Position numbers and translations under genes: made by a program. Under the pieces are notes generated by a model. That model was given only the letters and a program-made list of their open reading frames with translations. It searched no databases and was not told the DNA's origin. From positions 4,371,686 to 4,435,685 of the forward strand of contig OZ242003.1 of the NCBI GenBank assembly GCA_965204675.1: 64,000 nucleotides of DNA. Direction: 5' to 3'. Of the stretch, positions 9,340 through 19,748 are shown one piece after another (the stretch's first letter is position 1; each line of letters starts with the position of its first letter). The DNA comes from Vicinamibacterales bacterium (GTDB taxonomy: Bacteria > Acidobacteriota > Vicinamibacteria > Vicinamibacterales > UBA8438).

Positions 9340-11130
9340 ATGACGATCGCGTCGCCGGCGCGCGGGGCGCGCTTTCTCGTGGACGAGGTCGAGCCGCACG
9401 ACGTCGTGTGTCCGGAGGACATGGGCGAGGACGAGCGCCTGTTGATGCGCTCGATCCGCGAGTTCGCGGAGCAGGAGGTGGCGCCGCGGCTCGACGAGAT
9501 CGACCGGCGCGACATCGAGGTCATCCGTCCCCTGTTCGAGAAGGCGGCGGACCTCGGCATCTTCATGGCCGAGGTCCCCGAGGCCCACGGCGGGCTCGGC
9601 CTGAGCCCCCTCGCCGTCGCCGGCATGAACGAGTGCCGCTCCCACCTCGGGGGGCTCGCCTCGACCGTCTTCGCCCACCAGGGCATCGGCACCCTCCCCC
9701 TCATCAACTTCGGGACCGCCGACCAGATCGACCGCTACCTGGACCGCTGCATGCGGGGCGAGCTGATGGCGGCGTTCGCGCTGACCGAGCCCGAGGCCGG
9801 CTCCGACGCCATGAACATCCGGACCACCGCCGTCCTCGACCCCGAGGGGACGCACTACGTCGTCAACGGCTCCAAGCAGTGGATCACCAACGCGGGGTGG
9901 GCCGACCTGTTCATCCTCTTCGCCAAGGTCGACGGCGCCGCCTTCTCCGCCTTCCTGCTCGAGCGGGACACGCCGGGGGTGACCGTCGGCCCCCACGAGC
10001 GCCTGCTCGGCCTCCAGGGCTCGTCGGTGTGCGCGATGCAGCTCGACGACGTCGCCATCCCGGTCGGGAACCTCCTCGGCGAGGTCGGCCAGGGCCACCG
10101 GGTGGCGCTGTGCACGCTCAACGTCGGCCGCATGAAGATGGGCGCCAACTGCGCCGGCTCGGCCAAGAAGGCCCTCGCCACCACCACCCGCTACGCGGCC
10201 GAGCGGCGGCAGTTCGGCCGGCCGATCGCCGAGTTCGGCCTGATCCAGCGCAAGCTCGCGGACATGGCGGCCCGCGCCTACGGGGCCGAGTCGGTGGCCT
10301 ACCGGACGGCGGGGCTCGTCTACGCCGCCATCGAGGACCTCGGCCGGCAGGGGGCCGTCTCGCTCGACGCCAAGCTGCGCACGTTCGCCGAGTTCTCGGT
10401 CGAGTGCGCGATGGCCAAGGTCATCGGGTCGGAGGCGTACCACGCGGTGGCCGACGACGCCCTGCAGGTGTACGGCGGCTACGGCTTCAGCGAGGAGTAC
10501 CCCGCCGCCCGCTGGTACCGCGACTCGCGCATCACCCGCATCTACGAGGGCACGAGCGAGATCTGCCGGCTCGGCATCGCCAAGACGCTCCTGAAGCGGG
10601 CGGACCGCGGCGAGCTCGAGCTGCGCGAGGCGGTGGCGGGCCTGCCGCCCCCCGACCCCGCGCGCCCGTCACCCCCCGATCCCTCTCTCGCCGCCCTCCG
10701 CGCGGGCATCGGCGGGCTCAAGAACCTGTTCCTGTTCCTGCTCGGACAGGTGTGGGACAACCTCGACGAGGCGCAACTGCTCGACCCCGACCACCAGGCG
10801 TACCTGGCCGGCCTCGCGGACGTCGCGATGGAGACCTACGTGGCCGAGAGCACCGTCCTGCGGGTGTCGAAGCGGCGGAGCGGCCGCCCCGCCGACGAGG
10901 CGGAGGCGGAGACCGCGCTGGCGCAGATCGTGTTCTTCCGGTCGACGGAGCGGATTCGGCAGGAAGCCACCGAGCTGCTCGGAAGCCTGCTCGCGGGCGA
11001 CCGCCTCGCCGCCGCCCTCGAGCGCGTCGCCGCCTGGCTCCCCGTCCCCGTCGGTCTCGTCGACAGCCGTGCCCGGGTGGCGCGAGAGCTGATCGCCCGC
11101 GGCGGCTGGGTACAACCGGCGGCCCGGTGA
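9340..11130 (+). CDS. acyl-CoA dehydrogenase (long, FadE/VLCAD-like)
   Basis: FALTEPEAGSDA, NGSKQWITNAG, RRQFGRPI, GGYGFSEEY, RIYEGTSEI. Confidence 0.93.
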   Translation: MTIASPARGARFLVDEVEPHDVVCPEDMGEDERLLMRSIREFAEQEVAPRLDEIDRRDIEVIRPLFEKAADLGIFMAEVPEAHGGLGLSPLAVAGMNECRSHLGGLASTVFAHQGIGTLPLINFGTADQIDRYLDRCMRGELMAAFALTEPEAGSDAMNIRTTAVLDPEGTHYVVNGSKQWITNAGWADLFILFAKVDGAAFSAFLLERDTPGVTVGPHERLLGLQGSSVCAMQLDDVAIPVGNLLGEVGQGHRVALCTLNVGRMKMGANCAGSAKKALATTTRYAAERRQFGRPIAEFGLIQRKLADMAARAYGAESVAYRTAGLVYAAIEDLGRQGAVSLDAKLRTFAEFSVECAMAKVIGSEAYHAVADDALQVYGGYGFSEEYPAARWYRDSRITRIYEGTSEICRLGIAKTLLKRADRGELELREAVAGLPPPDPARPSPPDPSLAALRAGIGGLKNLFLFLLGQVWDNLDEAQLLDPDHQAYLAGLADVAMETYVAESTVLRVSKRRSGRPADEAEAETALAQIVFFRSTERIRQEATELLGSLLAGDRLAAALERVAAWLPVPVGLVDSRARVARELIARGGWVQPAAR

Positions 11131-11219
11131 GTGCTCCAGCCGACCGCATCGGAAACCGCACAGCGCTGGCGGACAAGCCGAATCGAGGCTTGCGAATACC
11201 GACGCCGCGAGCAGACACC

Positions 11220-12500
11220 ATGGCGATGGACATCCCAGCGCTCCTGTCGTCCATTCGGGCCGGCGAAGACACCGACCTCGAGCTCAAGGAGGTCGTCTTC
11301 CGGGGCGACCGCATCGCCTTCGGATCGGACCCGGGCCGCGCCTCGTCCAAGCTCGCAGAGGTCTTCGTCAGCATGGCGAACACCCGCGGGGGCACCCTCG
11401 TCATGGGCGTCCGCGACGCCGACCGCGTCGTCGTCGGCGTCGATCCCCGCAAGCGCGATCTGCTGGAGCAGTTCGTGGTCAACGTCGCGACCACGAACTG
11501 CAATCCGATGGTCGTCCCCGGCCTCGACTGGGAATACCTGCCTGGCGAGGGCGGTGAGCCCAGGCTATGCCTCGTCATCGACGTACCCGCCTCCCGCTTC
11601 GACGTCCACCAGACCGGCGACGGCCGGTTCCTGCAGCGCATCGGCAGCCACCGCCACCTGATTCCCGCCGAGCGCCTGGCCCGACTCCTGAGCGGGCGAC
11701 GACTGACCGACCCGATCGAGGAACGCCCGGTATTCGGGAGCCGCCTCGAGGACCTGCACGACCTGCGTCTCGAAACGTACTTTCGCAACCGCTTCCCCGA
11801 ATGGACCCGACCCGACGACTGGACCTCCACCTTGCTCGCCCACAAGCTCGCCGCGCCCACCGATGCCGGCGTGATCCCGACTCATCTCGGCGTGCTGCTG
11901 TTTGCCGAACGACCCGAACAGCACCTGCCCGGCGCCTACATCTCCCTCGCGTCCTACCGCCACGCCGTGGCCGACGGCAACACGTCGGACAGCCGGCATA
12001 TCACCGGACCGTTGCCTGAACAGATCGCACAGGTCCTGACCTACTTCGGGTCATCTCCCTTGATTCCGACCGTCTCCCGGAAGGGCCCGGACGGACGCCA
12101 TGACTTCCCGAGTTACGTGCCCGCCGCCCTGCAGGAAGCCGTAGTCAACGCCGTCGTGCACCGCGACTACGAAGTCCGCGGGTCTCAGATCATCATCCGC
12201 CTCCACCCCGATCGCATCGAGTTTCAGAATGCCGGCGCGCTGTACAACACGCTGACCATCGAGAACGTCTACGCTGGCTGCCAGCCCGCCCGCCGCAACC
12301 AGTTCCTGGCCGGCTTCCTCCGCGACTACAAGAGCCCCCTCACCGGCGCCGCGTACATGGAGGCGCGAGGCGAGGGTTTCCTCAACTTGGTGCGGAACAG
12401 CCAGCGCCTCTCCGGCCGTCGCCCCGAGCTGGAGCAGATCGGCCAGGCCACCAAGCTGACGATCTACGCCGCGACGTCCGGGACAACAGTGATCGAGTAG
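11220..12500 (+). CDS. Schlafen/AlbA_2-domain protein with C-terminal HATPase_c_4 (RecG-C-like) domain
   Basis: GEDTDLELKE, SMANTRGGTLVMGVRD (AlbA_2); ALQEAVVNAVVHRDY, DRIEFQNAG, RNQFLA, EARGEG (HATPase_c_4). Confidence 0.85.
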   Translation: MAMDIPALLSSIRAGEDTDLELKEVVFRGDRIAFGSDPGRASSKLAEVFVSMANTRGGTLVMGVRDADRVVVGVDPRKRDLLEQFVVNVATTNCNPMVVPGLDWEYLPGEGGEPRLCLVIDVPASRFDVHQTGDGRFLQRIGSHRHLIPAERLARLLSGRRLTDPIEERPVFGSRLEDLHDLRLETYFRNRFPEWTRPDDWTSTLLAHKLAAPTDAGVIPTHLGVLLFAERPEQHLPGAYISLASYRHAVADGNTSDSRHITGPLPEQIAQVLTYFGSSPLIPTVSRKGPDGRHDFPSYVPAALQEAVVNAVVHRDYEVRGSQIIIRLHPDRIEFQNAGALYNTLTIENVYAGCQPARRNQFLAGFLRDYKSPLTGAAYMEARGEGFLNLVRNSQRLSGRRPELEQIGQATKLTIYAATSGTTVIE

Positions 12501-12555
12501 GCGGTACGCTTCGGCCGCTTCAAGCCGGGCCACTACGCTCATCGCGGTGGCCGGG

Positions 12556-13641
12556 CTACGGGCGGCTCGTGTCTCGATCCAAGGCGGCCACGACGCCTCG
12601 AGTCATCTCCGCCGTGGTCGCCGTGCCGCCGAGATCGGCGGTGCGCGGATCGCCGGCGCCCAGCACGCTCTCGACCGCCGCCTCGATCGCCCGTGCTCCG
12701 TCCGTCTCGCCCAGGTGCTCCAGCATCATCGCCCCGGTCAGCATCTGCGCGACGGGGTTGGCGACGCCCTTCCCCGCGATGTCCGGGGCCGAGCCGTGGA
12801 CGGGCTCGAACATCGAGGGGTGCGTGCGGTCGGGGTTGAGGTTGGCGCCGGGGGCGAGGCCGATGGAGCCGGCCACGGCGGGGCCGAGGTCGGAGAGGAT
12901 GTCGCCGAAGAGGTTGCTCGCGACGATGACGTCGAACCAGTCGGGGTGCTGGACGAGGTGGGCGGTCAGGATATCGATGTGGTACTGGTCGGTCCGCACG
13001 TCGGGATAGTCCGCGGCCACCGCCTCGAAGCGCTCGTCCCAGAACGGCATGGTGTGGATGATGCCGTTCGACTTCGTGGCCGAGGTCAGGTGCTTCGCGG
13101 GGCGCGCCCGCGCCCGCTCGAACGCGTAGCGCAGCACCCGGTCGACGCCCTCCCGCGTGAACACCGACTGCTGCACCGCGAGCTCGGCCGGCGTGCCCGC
13201 GTAGAGCCGGCCGCCGATCTCCGAGTACTCGCCCTCGTTGTTCTCGCGGACGATGACCATGTCGATGTCGGCGGGCCCGCGGTCCGCCAGGGGCGTGCGC
13301 ACCCCCGGCCAGAGCCGCACCGGGCGCAGGTTGACGTACTGGCGGAACTGCCGGCGGATGGGGATGAGCAGTCCCCACAGGGACACGTGGTCCGGCACCC
13401 CCGGGTACCCGACCGCGCCCAGGAACACCGCGTCGAAGGCCGCGAGCTCCTCGATGCCGCGCCCCCCCGTCATGCTGCCGGTGCGCGCGTAGAGCTCGCA
13501 GGACCAGTCGAAGGCCGTCCACTCGAAGCCGAAGCCGAACCGTTCTCCCGCCGCCCCGAGCAACTCCTGGGCCGCGGGGACGACCTCCTTGCCGATCCCG
13601 TCGCCGGGAATGACCGCAATGCGATAGGTTCTCTCTGTCAT
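12556..13641 (-). CDS. tartrate dehydrogenase / D-malate dehydrogenase (decarboxylating)
   Basis: IAVIPGDGIGKEV, VPDHVSLWGLL, RENNEGEY, ATKSNG, FEPVHGSAPDIAG. Confidence 0.9.
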   Translation of the reverse strand: MTERTYRIAVIPGDGIGKEVVPAAQELLGAAGERFGFGFEWTAFDWSCELYARTGSMTGGRGIEELAAFDAVFLGAVGYPGVPDHVSLWGLLIPIRRQFRQYVNLRPVRLWPGVRTPLADRGPADIDMVIVRENNEGEYSEIGGRLYAGTPAELAVQQSVFTREGVDRVLRYAFERARARPAKHLTSATKSNGIIHTMPFWDERFEAVAADYPDVRTDQYHIDILTAHLVQHPDWFDVIVASNLFGDILSDLGPAVAGSIGLAPGANLNPDRTHPSMFEPVHGSAPDIAGKGVANPVAQMLTGAMMLEHLGETDGARAIEAAVESVLGAGDPRTADLGGTATTAEMTRGVVAALDRDTSRP

Positions 13642-13738
13642 GGTCCTCGTTCGAAACGTGGTCGTGTTTGTCAGCGGCCGGGCTCGGCGGCGCGGCGCAA
13701 GGTCTTGCTGCATTCGCAAGGCGGCGCACTACGGGCGG

Positions 13739-14923
13739 TTACGCCACCGCGCCGGCCCGCCGCAGCTCGGCGATCTCCTCGGCCCCGAACCCCGCGTCGC
13801 CGAGCACCTCGTCCGTGTGCTGGCCGAGCCGCGGCGCGGGGCGGCCCGGGGTCAGGGGGGTCTCCGAGAGCTTGATCGGCGTGCCCAGCGTCGGAATGCG
13901 CCCCAGCGCCGGATGGTCGGTCTCGACCACGAGCTCGCGGGCCCGGACGTGGGGATCGGCCATCACCTCGGCATAGTCGTTGATGGGGCCGCACGGCACC
14001 CCGCGGGCGTCCAGCAACTCCAGCCAGTGCGACCGCGGACGGGTCTCCAGCACCGCCTCGATGCGGGCGGCGAGGGCCTCCCGGTTGCGGATGCGGTGGG
14101 TGTCGTCCCGGTACTCGGGATCGTCGGCCCATTCCGGATGGCCCAGGGCCTCGCACAGGCGCCGGAACGTGCGATCGTTGGCCGCCCCGATGGTCACGTG
14201 GCCGTCGGCGCACCGGAGCGCCTGGTACGGCGCGTTCATGCGGTGCGCCGACCCGAGCCGCTCCGGCACCCCGCGCCCCGAAAAGTACTGCGTCGCCTCC
14301 CACACCGAGAGGGCGACCCCGGCGTCGACGAGCGACGTGTCGACGAGCTGCCCGCGCCCCGTGCGCGCCCGCGCGAGCAGGGCGGACAGGATGCCCGCGA
14401 CGGCGAAGAGGGCGGCGCCGAGGTCGGTCACGGGTATCCCCGCCTTGACCGGCGGGCGCCCCGCCTCGCCGGTGACCGACATGAGGCCGGAGACGCCCTG
14501 CGCCACGAGGTCGAAGCCCCCCTTGCCGGCGGACGGGCCGGTCTGGCCGTAGCCCGAGATGGACGCGTAGACGAGGCGCGGATACCGCTCGGCGAGGTTC
14601 GCGTAGTCCAGGCCGAACTTCTCGAGCACGCCCGGCCGGTAGTTCTCCACCAGCACGTCGGACACCGCCGCGAGGCGTTGCACCGCCTCGCGGCCGGCCG
14701 GCTGCTTCAGGTCGACGACGATGCCGCGCTTGCCCCGGTTGACGGCGTTGAAGCTGGGGCTGTCGCTGCCGACGCCCCCCGGCATGCGCCGGGTCGAGTC
14801 GCCGGCCGGGGGCTCGACCTTGATCACGTCGGCCCCCATGTCGCACAGTAGCATCGAGCAGAACGGCCCGGCCATCACCTGGGTGAGGTCGAGCACGCGC
14901 AGTCCGTCCAGTGGCGAATTCAT
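13739..14923 (-). CDS. CoA-transferase family III (CaiB/BaiF)
   Basis: VLDLTQVMAGPF, GADVIKVE, NRGKR, VENYRPG, SISGYGQTGP. Confidence 0.93.
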   Translation of the reverse strand: MNSPLDGLRVLDLTQVMAGPFCSMLLCDMGADVIKVEPPAGDSTRRMPGGVGSDSPSFNAVNRGKRGIVVDLKQPAGREAVQRLAAVSDVLVENYRPGVLEKFGLDYANLAERYPRLVYASISGYGQTGPSAGKGGFDLVAQGVSGLMSVTGEAGRPPVKAGIPVTDLGAALFAVAGILSALLARARTGRGQLVDTSLVDAGVALSVWEATQYFSGRGVPERLGSAHRMNAPYQALRCADGHVTIGAANDRTFRRLCEALGHPEWADDPEYRDDTHRIRNREALAARIEAVLETRPRSHWLELLDARGVPCGPINDYAEVMADPHVRARELVVETDHPALGRIPTLGTPIKLSETPLTPGRPAPRLGQHTDEVLGDAGFGAEEIAELRRAGAVA

Positions 14924-14952
14924 CGTCCTCGCCGAACAAGGAGAGTCAATCC

Positions 14953-15738
14953 GTGTCTACCCCCGACGCCATCTACGCCGTCGACGGTCCCGTCGCCACC
15001 GTCACGTTCAACCGCCCCGCCGCCCGCAACGCCATGACCTGGGCCATGTACGACGCCCTCCTCGACGCCTGCGACGCGGTGGACGCCGACCCCGCGATCA
15101 GGGTCCTCGTCCTGCAGGGGGCCGGCGACCGGGCCTTCGTGGCCGGCACCGACATCAGCCAGTTTCAGGACCTGCGGACCCGGGACGACGCCCTCGGGTA
15201 CGAGTCGAGGCTCGACCGGGTGATCGACCGGCTGGAGCGCGTCCGGATACCCACCATCGCCCGCGTCCAGGGGGTGGCGGTCGGCGGCGGCTGCGTCATG
15301 GCGATCGCCTGCGACCTGCGCATCTGCGGCCCCGGGGCCCGCTTCGGCATTCCCGTGGCCCGCACCCTCGGCAACTGCCTGTCGGCCGCCAACTGCGCCC
15401 GGCTGCTGGACCTCGTGGGACCGGACCGGCTCAAGGACCTGATGTACACCGCCCGCCTCCTCGACGCCCGCGAGGCGCTGGCGGCCGGGCTCGCGACGCG
15501 CGTCGTCGACGACGACCGCCTCGACGAGACGGTGGCGGAGACCGCCGCCGCCATCGCCGCCAACGCCCCCCTGACGATTCGCGCCACCAAGGAGATGGTC
15601 CGCCGCTTGCAGCGCGAGCGCCGGCCCGACCCCGCCCGCGCCCACGACCTCATCGTCGAGTGCTACACGAGCGAGGACTTCCGGAACGCCGTCGAGGCCT
15701 TCGTGGCCCGCCGCGCCCCGGCGTGGACCGGGCGGTGA
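14953..15738 (+). CDS. enoyl-CoA hydratase/isomerase family protein
   Basis: FNRPAARNAMT, AFVAGTDI, AVGGG..A..CDLRI, NAPLTIRATKE; GTG start after AAGGAG. Confidence 0.9.
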   Translation: MSTPDAIYAVDGPVATVTFNRPAARNAMTWAMYDALLDACDAVDADPAIRVLVLQGAGDRAFVAGTDISQFQDLRTRDDALGYESRLDRVIDRLERVRIPTIARVQGVAVGGGCVMAIACDLRICGPGARFGIPVARTLGNCLSAANCARLLDLVGPDRLKDLMYTARLLDAREALAAGLATRVVDDDRLDETVAETAAAIAANAPLTIRATKEMVRRLQRERRPDPARAHDLIVECYTSEDFRNAVEAFVARRAPAWTGR

Positions 15739-15881
15739 ATCATCCGCGGACCGCCCATGCCGGGCGCCCGCGGCCATGACCGCGCTTCCCGCGTACCCAG
15801 GCTGCCCGCCACACGCCGTCACACGGCCTTGCGGCGGCCGACGCCCTTCAGCCCGCCACGCGGTCAGCCCGCCAACGCCCT

Positions 15882-17732
15882 TCACAGCTCCCGGAGCTCC
15901 GCCGCGGCACGCCCCAAGGCGTCGCCGATGAGCGACTCGAAGCGTGGCAGTCCGGCCGCGGGTCCGCCCTCGAGCTGCAGCCGCAAGACGCGGCGGCGGC
16001 GCGCGGCCAGCACTTCGACGTCGCCCAGCGCCTGTGCCGTCTTGACCGCCCCGAACGTGTAGGGCCGGCCGGGGATCGGCAGATCGTCGTCGCCGTCGTC
16101 GGCCGTCAGCACCAGGAACACGCCGGTCGCCGGCCCGCCCTTGAACAACTGGCCCGTCGAATGGAGGTAGCGCGGCCCAAACCCCACGCTGGTCGCCACC
16201 CCCCGGGCGTCGCGGATGCGGGAGCGCACCCGCTGCAGGACGGCCGTGTGCGTCTCGTTGCGATCCAGGTACGCGAGCAGCGCCACGTAGTCGCCGGGGC
16301 CCGCGCTCGCGAGATGGGCAGCCACCAGCCGCTCGAGGGCGGCCCGCCCCCCGGCGGTGTCCGCATCCATGACGGCTACGGGTCCGCCAGCCGCCGTCTG
16401 CAGGCGCGCGACGGTCTCGGCATCGGCGAACAGGGCGATGCCGTCCGCCCGCGCCACCGGATGCTCCTGCGCCGGCCCCCCGGCCCCCTCCCACGCCGAG
16501 GTCCGAGCCCGCGCGGCCTGCTTGGCGGCCTCGACGTCGGGCTGGTCGAAGGGGTTCACCCCGAGCACCGCCCCGCAGACCGCGGTGGCGAGCTCCCAGC
16601 GGAAGAGCTCGCCGGCCAGCGCGTCCCGGCCCGGCACGGACAGGACCACGACGGGGTGCCCTGCGTCGGCGAGGGCGGCGAGCGCGGCGTCCTGTCCGGG
16701 CTCGGGGTCGTCGGCGACCCGCATGTGAACGAACAGGCGGTCGCCGCCGTACGCCGCGGGCGGGCCGGGCTCCTCGTCGACGACGGGAATCACGCCCCGC
16801 CCCGCCTTGCCCGTCGACTCGGCCAGCAACTGCTCCAGCCACCCTCCCAGGGCACGGATCGAAGGCGGCAGCACCAGGGTCGTCTTGTCCCGGCCCGCGG
16901 CGGCGGCGGCTCCGAGCGCGAGCCCCAGCCGCACCCCCGGGTTCCCGTCCGTGGGGACGTCCGGGCCGCAACGCCCGGCCATCCGTCCCGCCGACGCGAG
17001 AAACGCCGGCACGTCGACGCCGCACGCGGCGGCGGGCACGAGGCCGAAGCTCGACAGGACCGAGAACCGCCCCCCCACGTCGGGCCGGCCGCTCCACACC
17101 TGCCGGAAGCCCCACGCCCCCGCCGTCTCCTCGAGAGCCGAGCCCGGATCGGTGATCGCCGCGAAGTGCGCGCCCGCCCGGTCGGGCCCGACCGCCCGCC
17201 GCACGCGCTCCAGGAACCACTCGGCGAGCAGCGCCGACTCGAGGGTCGTGCCCGACTTGCTGGACACGATGCACAGGGTACGGGACAGGTCGAGCCGCGA
17301 CGCGGTGCGCGCGATCTGCGCCGGGTCCGTCGAGTCCAGGACGCGCAGGGCCGGCGCCCCCGCGGGCGGCGCGACGACCTCGCCGATGACCTCGGCGCCG
17401 AGGCTGGACCCGCCCATGCCGAGCAGCAGGACGTCGGTGAAGCTGTCGGCCCGCACGCCGGCCGCGAACCGGGCCAGCGCCGCGGCCGGCGCCGGCGCCC
17501 CGGGCAGGTCGAGCCAGCCCAGCCAGCGCGCCTCGTCGCCGCCCGTCCAGACCGCCGCGTCCTTGCGCCACAGACGGCCGACCAGGCCGTCGCGGTCCCA
17601 GCGGCGGCACTGCTCGTCGAGCGCGGCCTGGAGGGCACGGCCCAACCGCCATCGGTGCGTCGCGTCAGTCAGGGAAGGCTCCAGTGGAATCAGCGGGCGT
17701 GCCCGGGAGGCACCGGCGAACGATGTCCGCAC
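15882..17732 (-). CDS. pgi: glucose-6-phosphate isomerase (Tal-Pgi-type PGI domain, stand-alone)
   Basis: WLGWL, LGMGGSSLG, SSKSGTTLE, VGGRFSVLS, EQLLAESTGK, NPFDQPDVE, GPRYLHSTGQ. Start uncertain. Confidence 0.85.
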   Translation of the reverse strand: MRTSFAGASRARPLIPLEPSLTDATHRWRLGRALQAALDEQCRRWDRDGLVGRLWRKDAAVWTGGDEARWLGWLDLPGAPAPAAALARFAAGVRADSFTDVLLLGMGGSSLGAEVIGEVVAPPAGAPALRVLDSTDPAQIARTASRLDLSRTLCIVSSKSGTTLESALLAEWFLERVRRAVGPDRAGAHFAAITDPGSALEETAGAWGFRQVWSGRPDVGGRFSVLSSFGLVPAAACGVDVPAFLASAGRMAGRCGPDVPTDGNPGVRLGLALGAAAAAGRDKTTLVLPPSIRALGGWLEQLLAESTGKAGRGVIPVVDEEPGPPAAYGGDRLFVHMRVADDPEPGQDAALAALADAGHPVVVLSVPGRDALAGELFRWELATAVCGAVLGVNPFDQPDVEAAKQAARARTSAWEGAGGPAQEHPVARADGIALFADAETVARLQTAAGGPVAVMDADTAGGRAALERLVAAHLASAGPGDYVALLAYLDRNETHTAVLQRVRSRIRDARGVATSVGFGPRYLHSTGQLFKGGPATGVFLVLTADDGDDDLPIPGRPYTFGAVKTAQALGDVEVLAARRRRVLRLQLEGGPAAGLPRFESLIGDALGRAAAELREL

Positions 17733-17808
17733 CAGCTCGCATCAGCTCCGCCCACCTGCAGCGAGCCCGGCCGCCGCTGCGGACCAGCGGTGGTAAGCTG
17801 GGTGTGTC

Positions 17809-17986
17809 ATGCCCGACTGGCTTGCGCCGTGGATCACTCCCGGCGTCGTCATCGCCCTCTTCGTTTGGCTGCGCATCGACATTCGCGACCTGCGCACGGA
17901 TGTGCGCGACGTGCGGGACCGCCTCGCGCGCCTCGAGGGGGCGGATCGACGGTTCGCAGGACCAGCAACGCCCGCCCGTCGCGTAG
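17809..17986 (+). pseudogene. small TM + coiled-coil protein (~58 aa) with a +1 frameshift in a G5 run
   Basis: MPDWLAPWITPGVVIALFVWLRIDIRDLRTDVRDVRDRLARLEG; removing one G at 17937-17941 continues RIDGSQDQQRPPVA* to the TAG ending at 17986. Confidence 0.55.
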
Positions 17987-18116
17987 CTCCCTCACCGCCG
18001 CGGTCTGCCGCTTCCTCCGGTCGGCGCCGCCGCGCCGTTCTCCGTCCTTCGTCGACCCCGTGGGGGCCGGGAGCTGACGGCCGCCTGTCAGCTTCCCGAG
18101 GGCGGGTCGTACGGCA

Positions 18117-18593
18117 TCACTTCTCCGGCCAGCTTCGGGCCTCGAGCCGCCGGACCTTCTCGATGCGCCGCCGATGCCGCTCTTCGTGCGAGAACTCCGC
18201 GTCGAGGAACGTCTCGACGAGCTCGCGGGCGAGGGCCTCGCCGACGATGCGCGCCCCGAGGACGAGGACGTTCATGTCGTCGTGCTCCACGCCCTGGTGG
18301 GCGGAGTAGGCATCGTGGCAGACCGCGCCCCGGATGCCGGGGACCTTGTTGACCGCCACCCCCGCCCCGACCCCGCTCCCGCAGATCATCACCCCGCGGT
18401 CGGCGCGGCCGTCGCGGACGGCGAGGGCCAGCGATTCCGCGTAATCGGGATAGTCGGCCGCGGCCTCGCTGTCGGTGCCCACGTCGACGACCTCGTGCCC
18501 CCGCTCCCGCAGCATGTCGGCGAGGAGCGCCTTCAGGCGAAAGCCGGCGTGATCCGACCCTATCGCCACCCTCATCGTGCCGTTCTCCGCCAT
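18117..18593 (-). CDS. rpiB: ribose-5-phosphate isomerase B
   Basis: IGSDHAG, DYPD, ICGSGVG, NKVPGIR, HDDMNVL, ERHRRRI. Confidence 0.95.
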   Translation of the reverse strand: MAENGTMRVAIGSDHAGFRLKALLADMLRERGHEVVDVGTDSEAAADYPDYAESLALAVRDGRADRGVMICGSGVGAGVAVNKVPGIRGAVCHDAYSAHQGVEHDDMNVLVLGARIVGEALARELVETFLDAEFSHEERHRRRIEKVRRLEARSWPEK

Positions 18594-18831
18594 CTCTCCG
18601 ATCCGTCCGACCCGTCCCGCTGCCCGGCGTTCCCGGTCCCTGCGGCAGGACCCCGGAAGACAGAGGCGCGCCACGCCGCTTCGAGCCCGGCGGCAGATCG
18701 TACTACAGGCGCCAGCGGACGCTCCCGCGGCGGACCGTGAGCATCGAGCGCGCGCCGGCAGACCCACTTCGGGGCGGCCGCAGGGCGGATTCGGCGAAGG
18801 CCGGCGCTTGCCGCGGCCGCCGCCCTGACTC

Positions 18832-19719
18832 TCAACGCCCGGCGCCGCCGGGGAGCCGCCCGATCCTCGGAACCAGCACCGGCGTTCGCGCCTTGTAGAC
18901 CCGATACGCGGGATCGGCGCCCCACTTCCGGTCCGCTTGCGCCTCCAGGAGGGGAATGCCGCTGACGCGGGTCAGGAGCAGCCACACGAAGGCCGGGGAG
19001 ACCAGCGTGACGTAGCGCCAGCCGTCGAGGGCGGGCAGCGCGGCGACCGCGACCCCGGTCCACAGCAGGATCTCGCCCAGGTAGTTGGGGTGCCGGCAGC
19101 GCGCCCAGAGCCCGGTCGCGATGAAGCGGTCGGCGTTCTCCGGTCGCAGCCGGAACCGCCGCTTCTGCGCGTCCGCCGCCACCTCGACGATGAACCCCGC
19201 GCCCCAGAGGGCGATGCCCGCCGCCGCCGGCCAACCGAGGGGCGCGGCCGCCGCCGCGGTCACCGCCCCGAGCGCCGCGGACAGCGTCAACGACACCCAG
19301 AGCCCCTGCAGCGTCCACGTCAGGAAGAACCGCGCGGGGTCGTGCTTGATGCGGTCGAAGCGCCGGTCGAAGCCCTGCCGGCGGATGCGGGCGAACAGGA
19401 ACGCGCCGAGCCGGACCGCCCAGATCGCGACCATGGCCGCGATGGCCAGCGAGCGGGGGTCGGGAGCACCCCGCGCCGACACGGCGAGAAGAACGACGGT
19501 CAGGAAGGTCCCGCTGCCCGCGAGATCGAACCAGCGCTCCGTCCGCCGGACCCACGCGGGAACGAACGCCGCCCATTGCAGGACGAACGCCAGGGCGACG
19601 CAGAGCGCGAAGACCGGGACTCCCCCCAGACTGATGCCGCCGTGACTGCCGGCGGCGGCCACGCCCCCCGCCACCGCCACCGCCGCCGCGCTCGCGGCCG
19701 CCGACCGCCTGCTGCTCAT
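18832..19719 (-). CDS. DUF1295 (steroid 5-alpha-reductase-like) membrane protein
   Basis: Multiple TMs, [44 protein letters not shown]. Confidence 0.88.
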   Translation of the reverse strand: MSSRRSAAASAAAVAVAGGVAAAGSHGGISLGGVPVFALCVALAFVLQWAAFVPAWVRRTERWFDLAGSGTFLTVVLLAVSARGAPDPRSLAIAAMVAIWAVRLGAFLFARIRRQGFDRRFDRIKHDPARFFLTWTLQGLWVSLTLSAALGAVTAAAAAPLGWPAAAGIALWGAGFIVEVAADAQKRRFRLRPENADRFIATGLWARCRHPNYLGEILLWTGVAVAALPALDGWRYVTLVSPAFVWLLLTRVSGIPLLEAQADRKWGADPAYRVYKARTPVLVPRIGRLPGGAGR

Positions 19720-19748
19720 GCTCTCCCCCGCCGTGATAACGTGCGGCG

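Noticed and set aside
9240-12500. 1086-aa ORF fusing an unknown domain to the Schlafen protein
   Set aside because: The upstream part is an alternative frame of the acyl-CoA dehydrogenase with Arg/Pro/Gly-rich nonsense composition.
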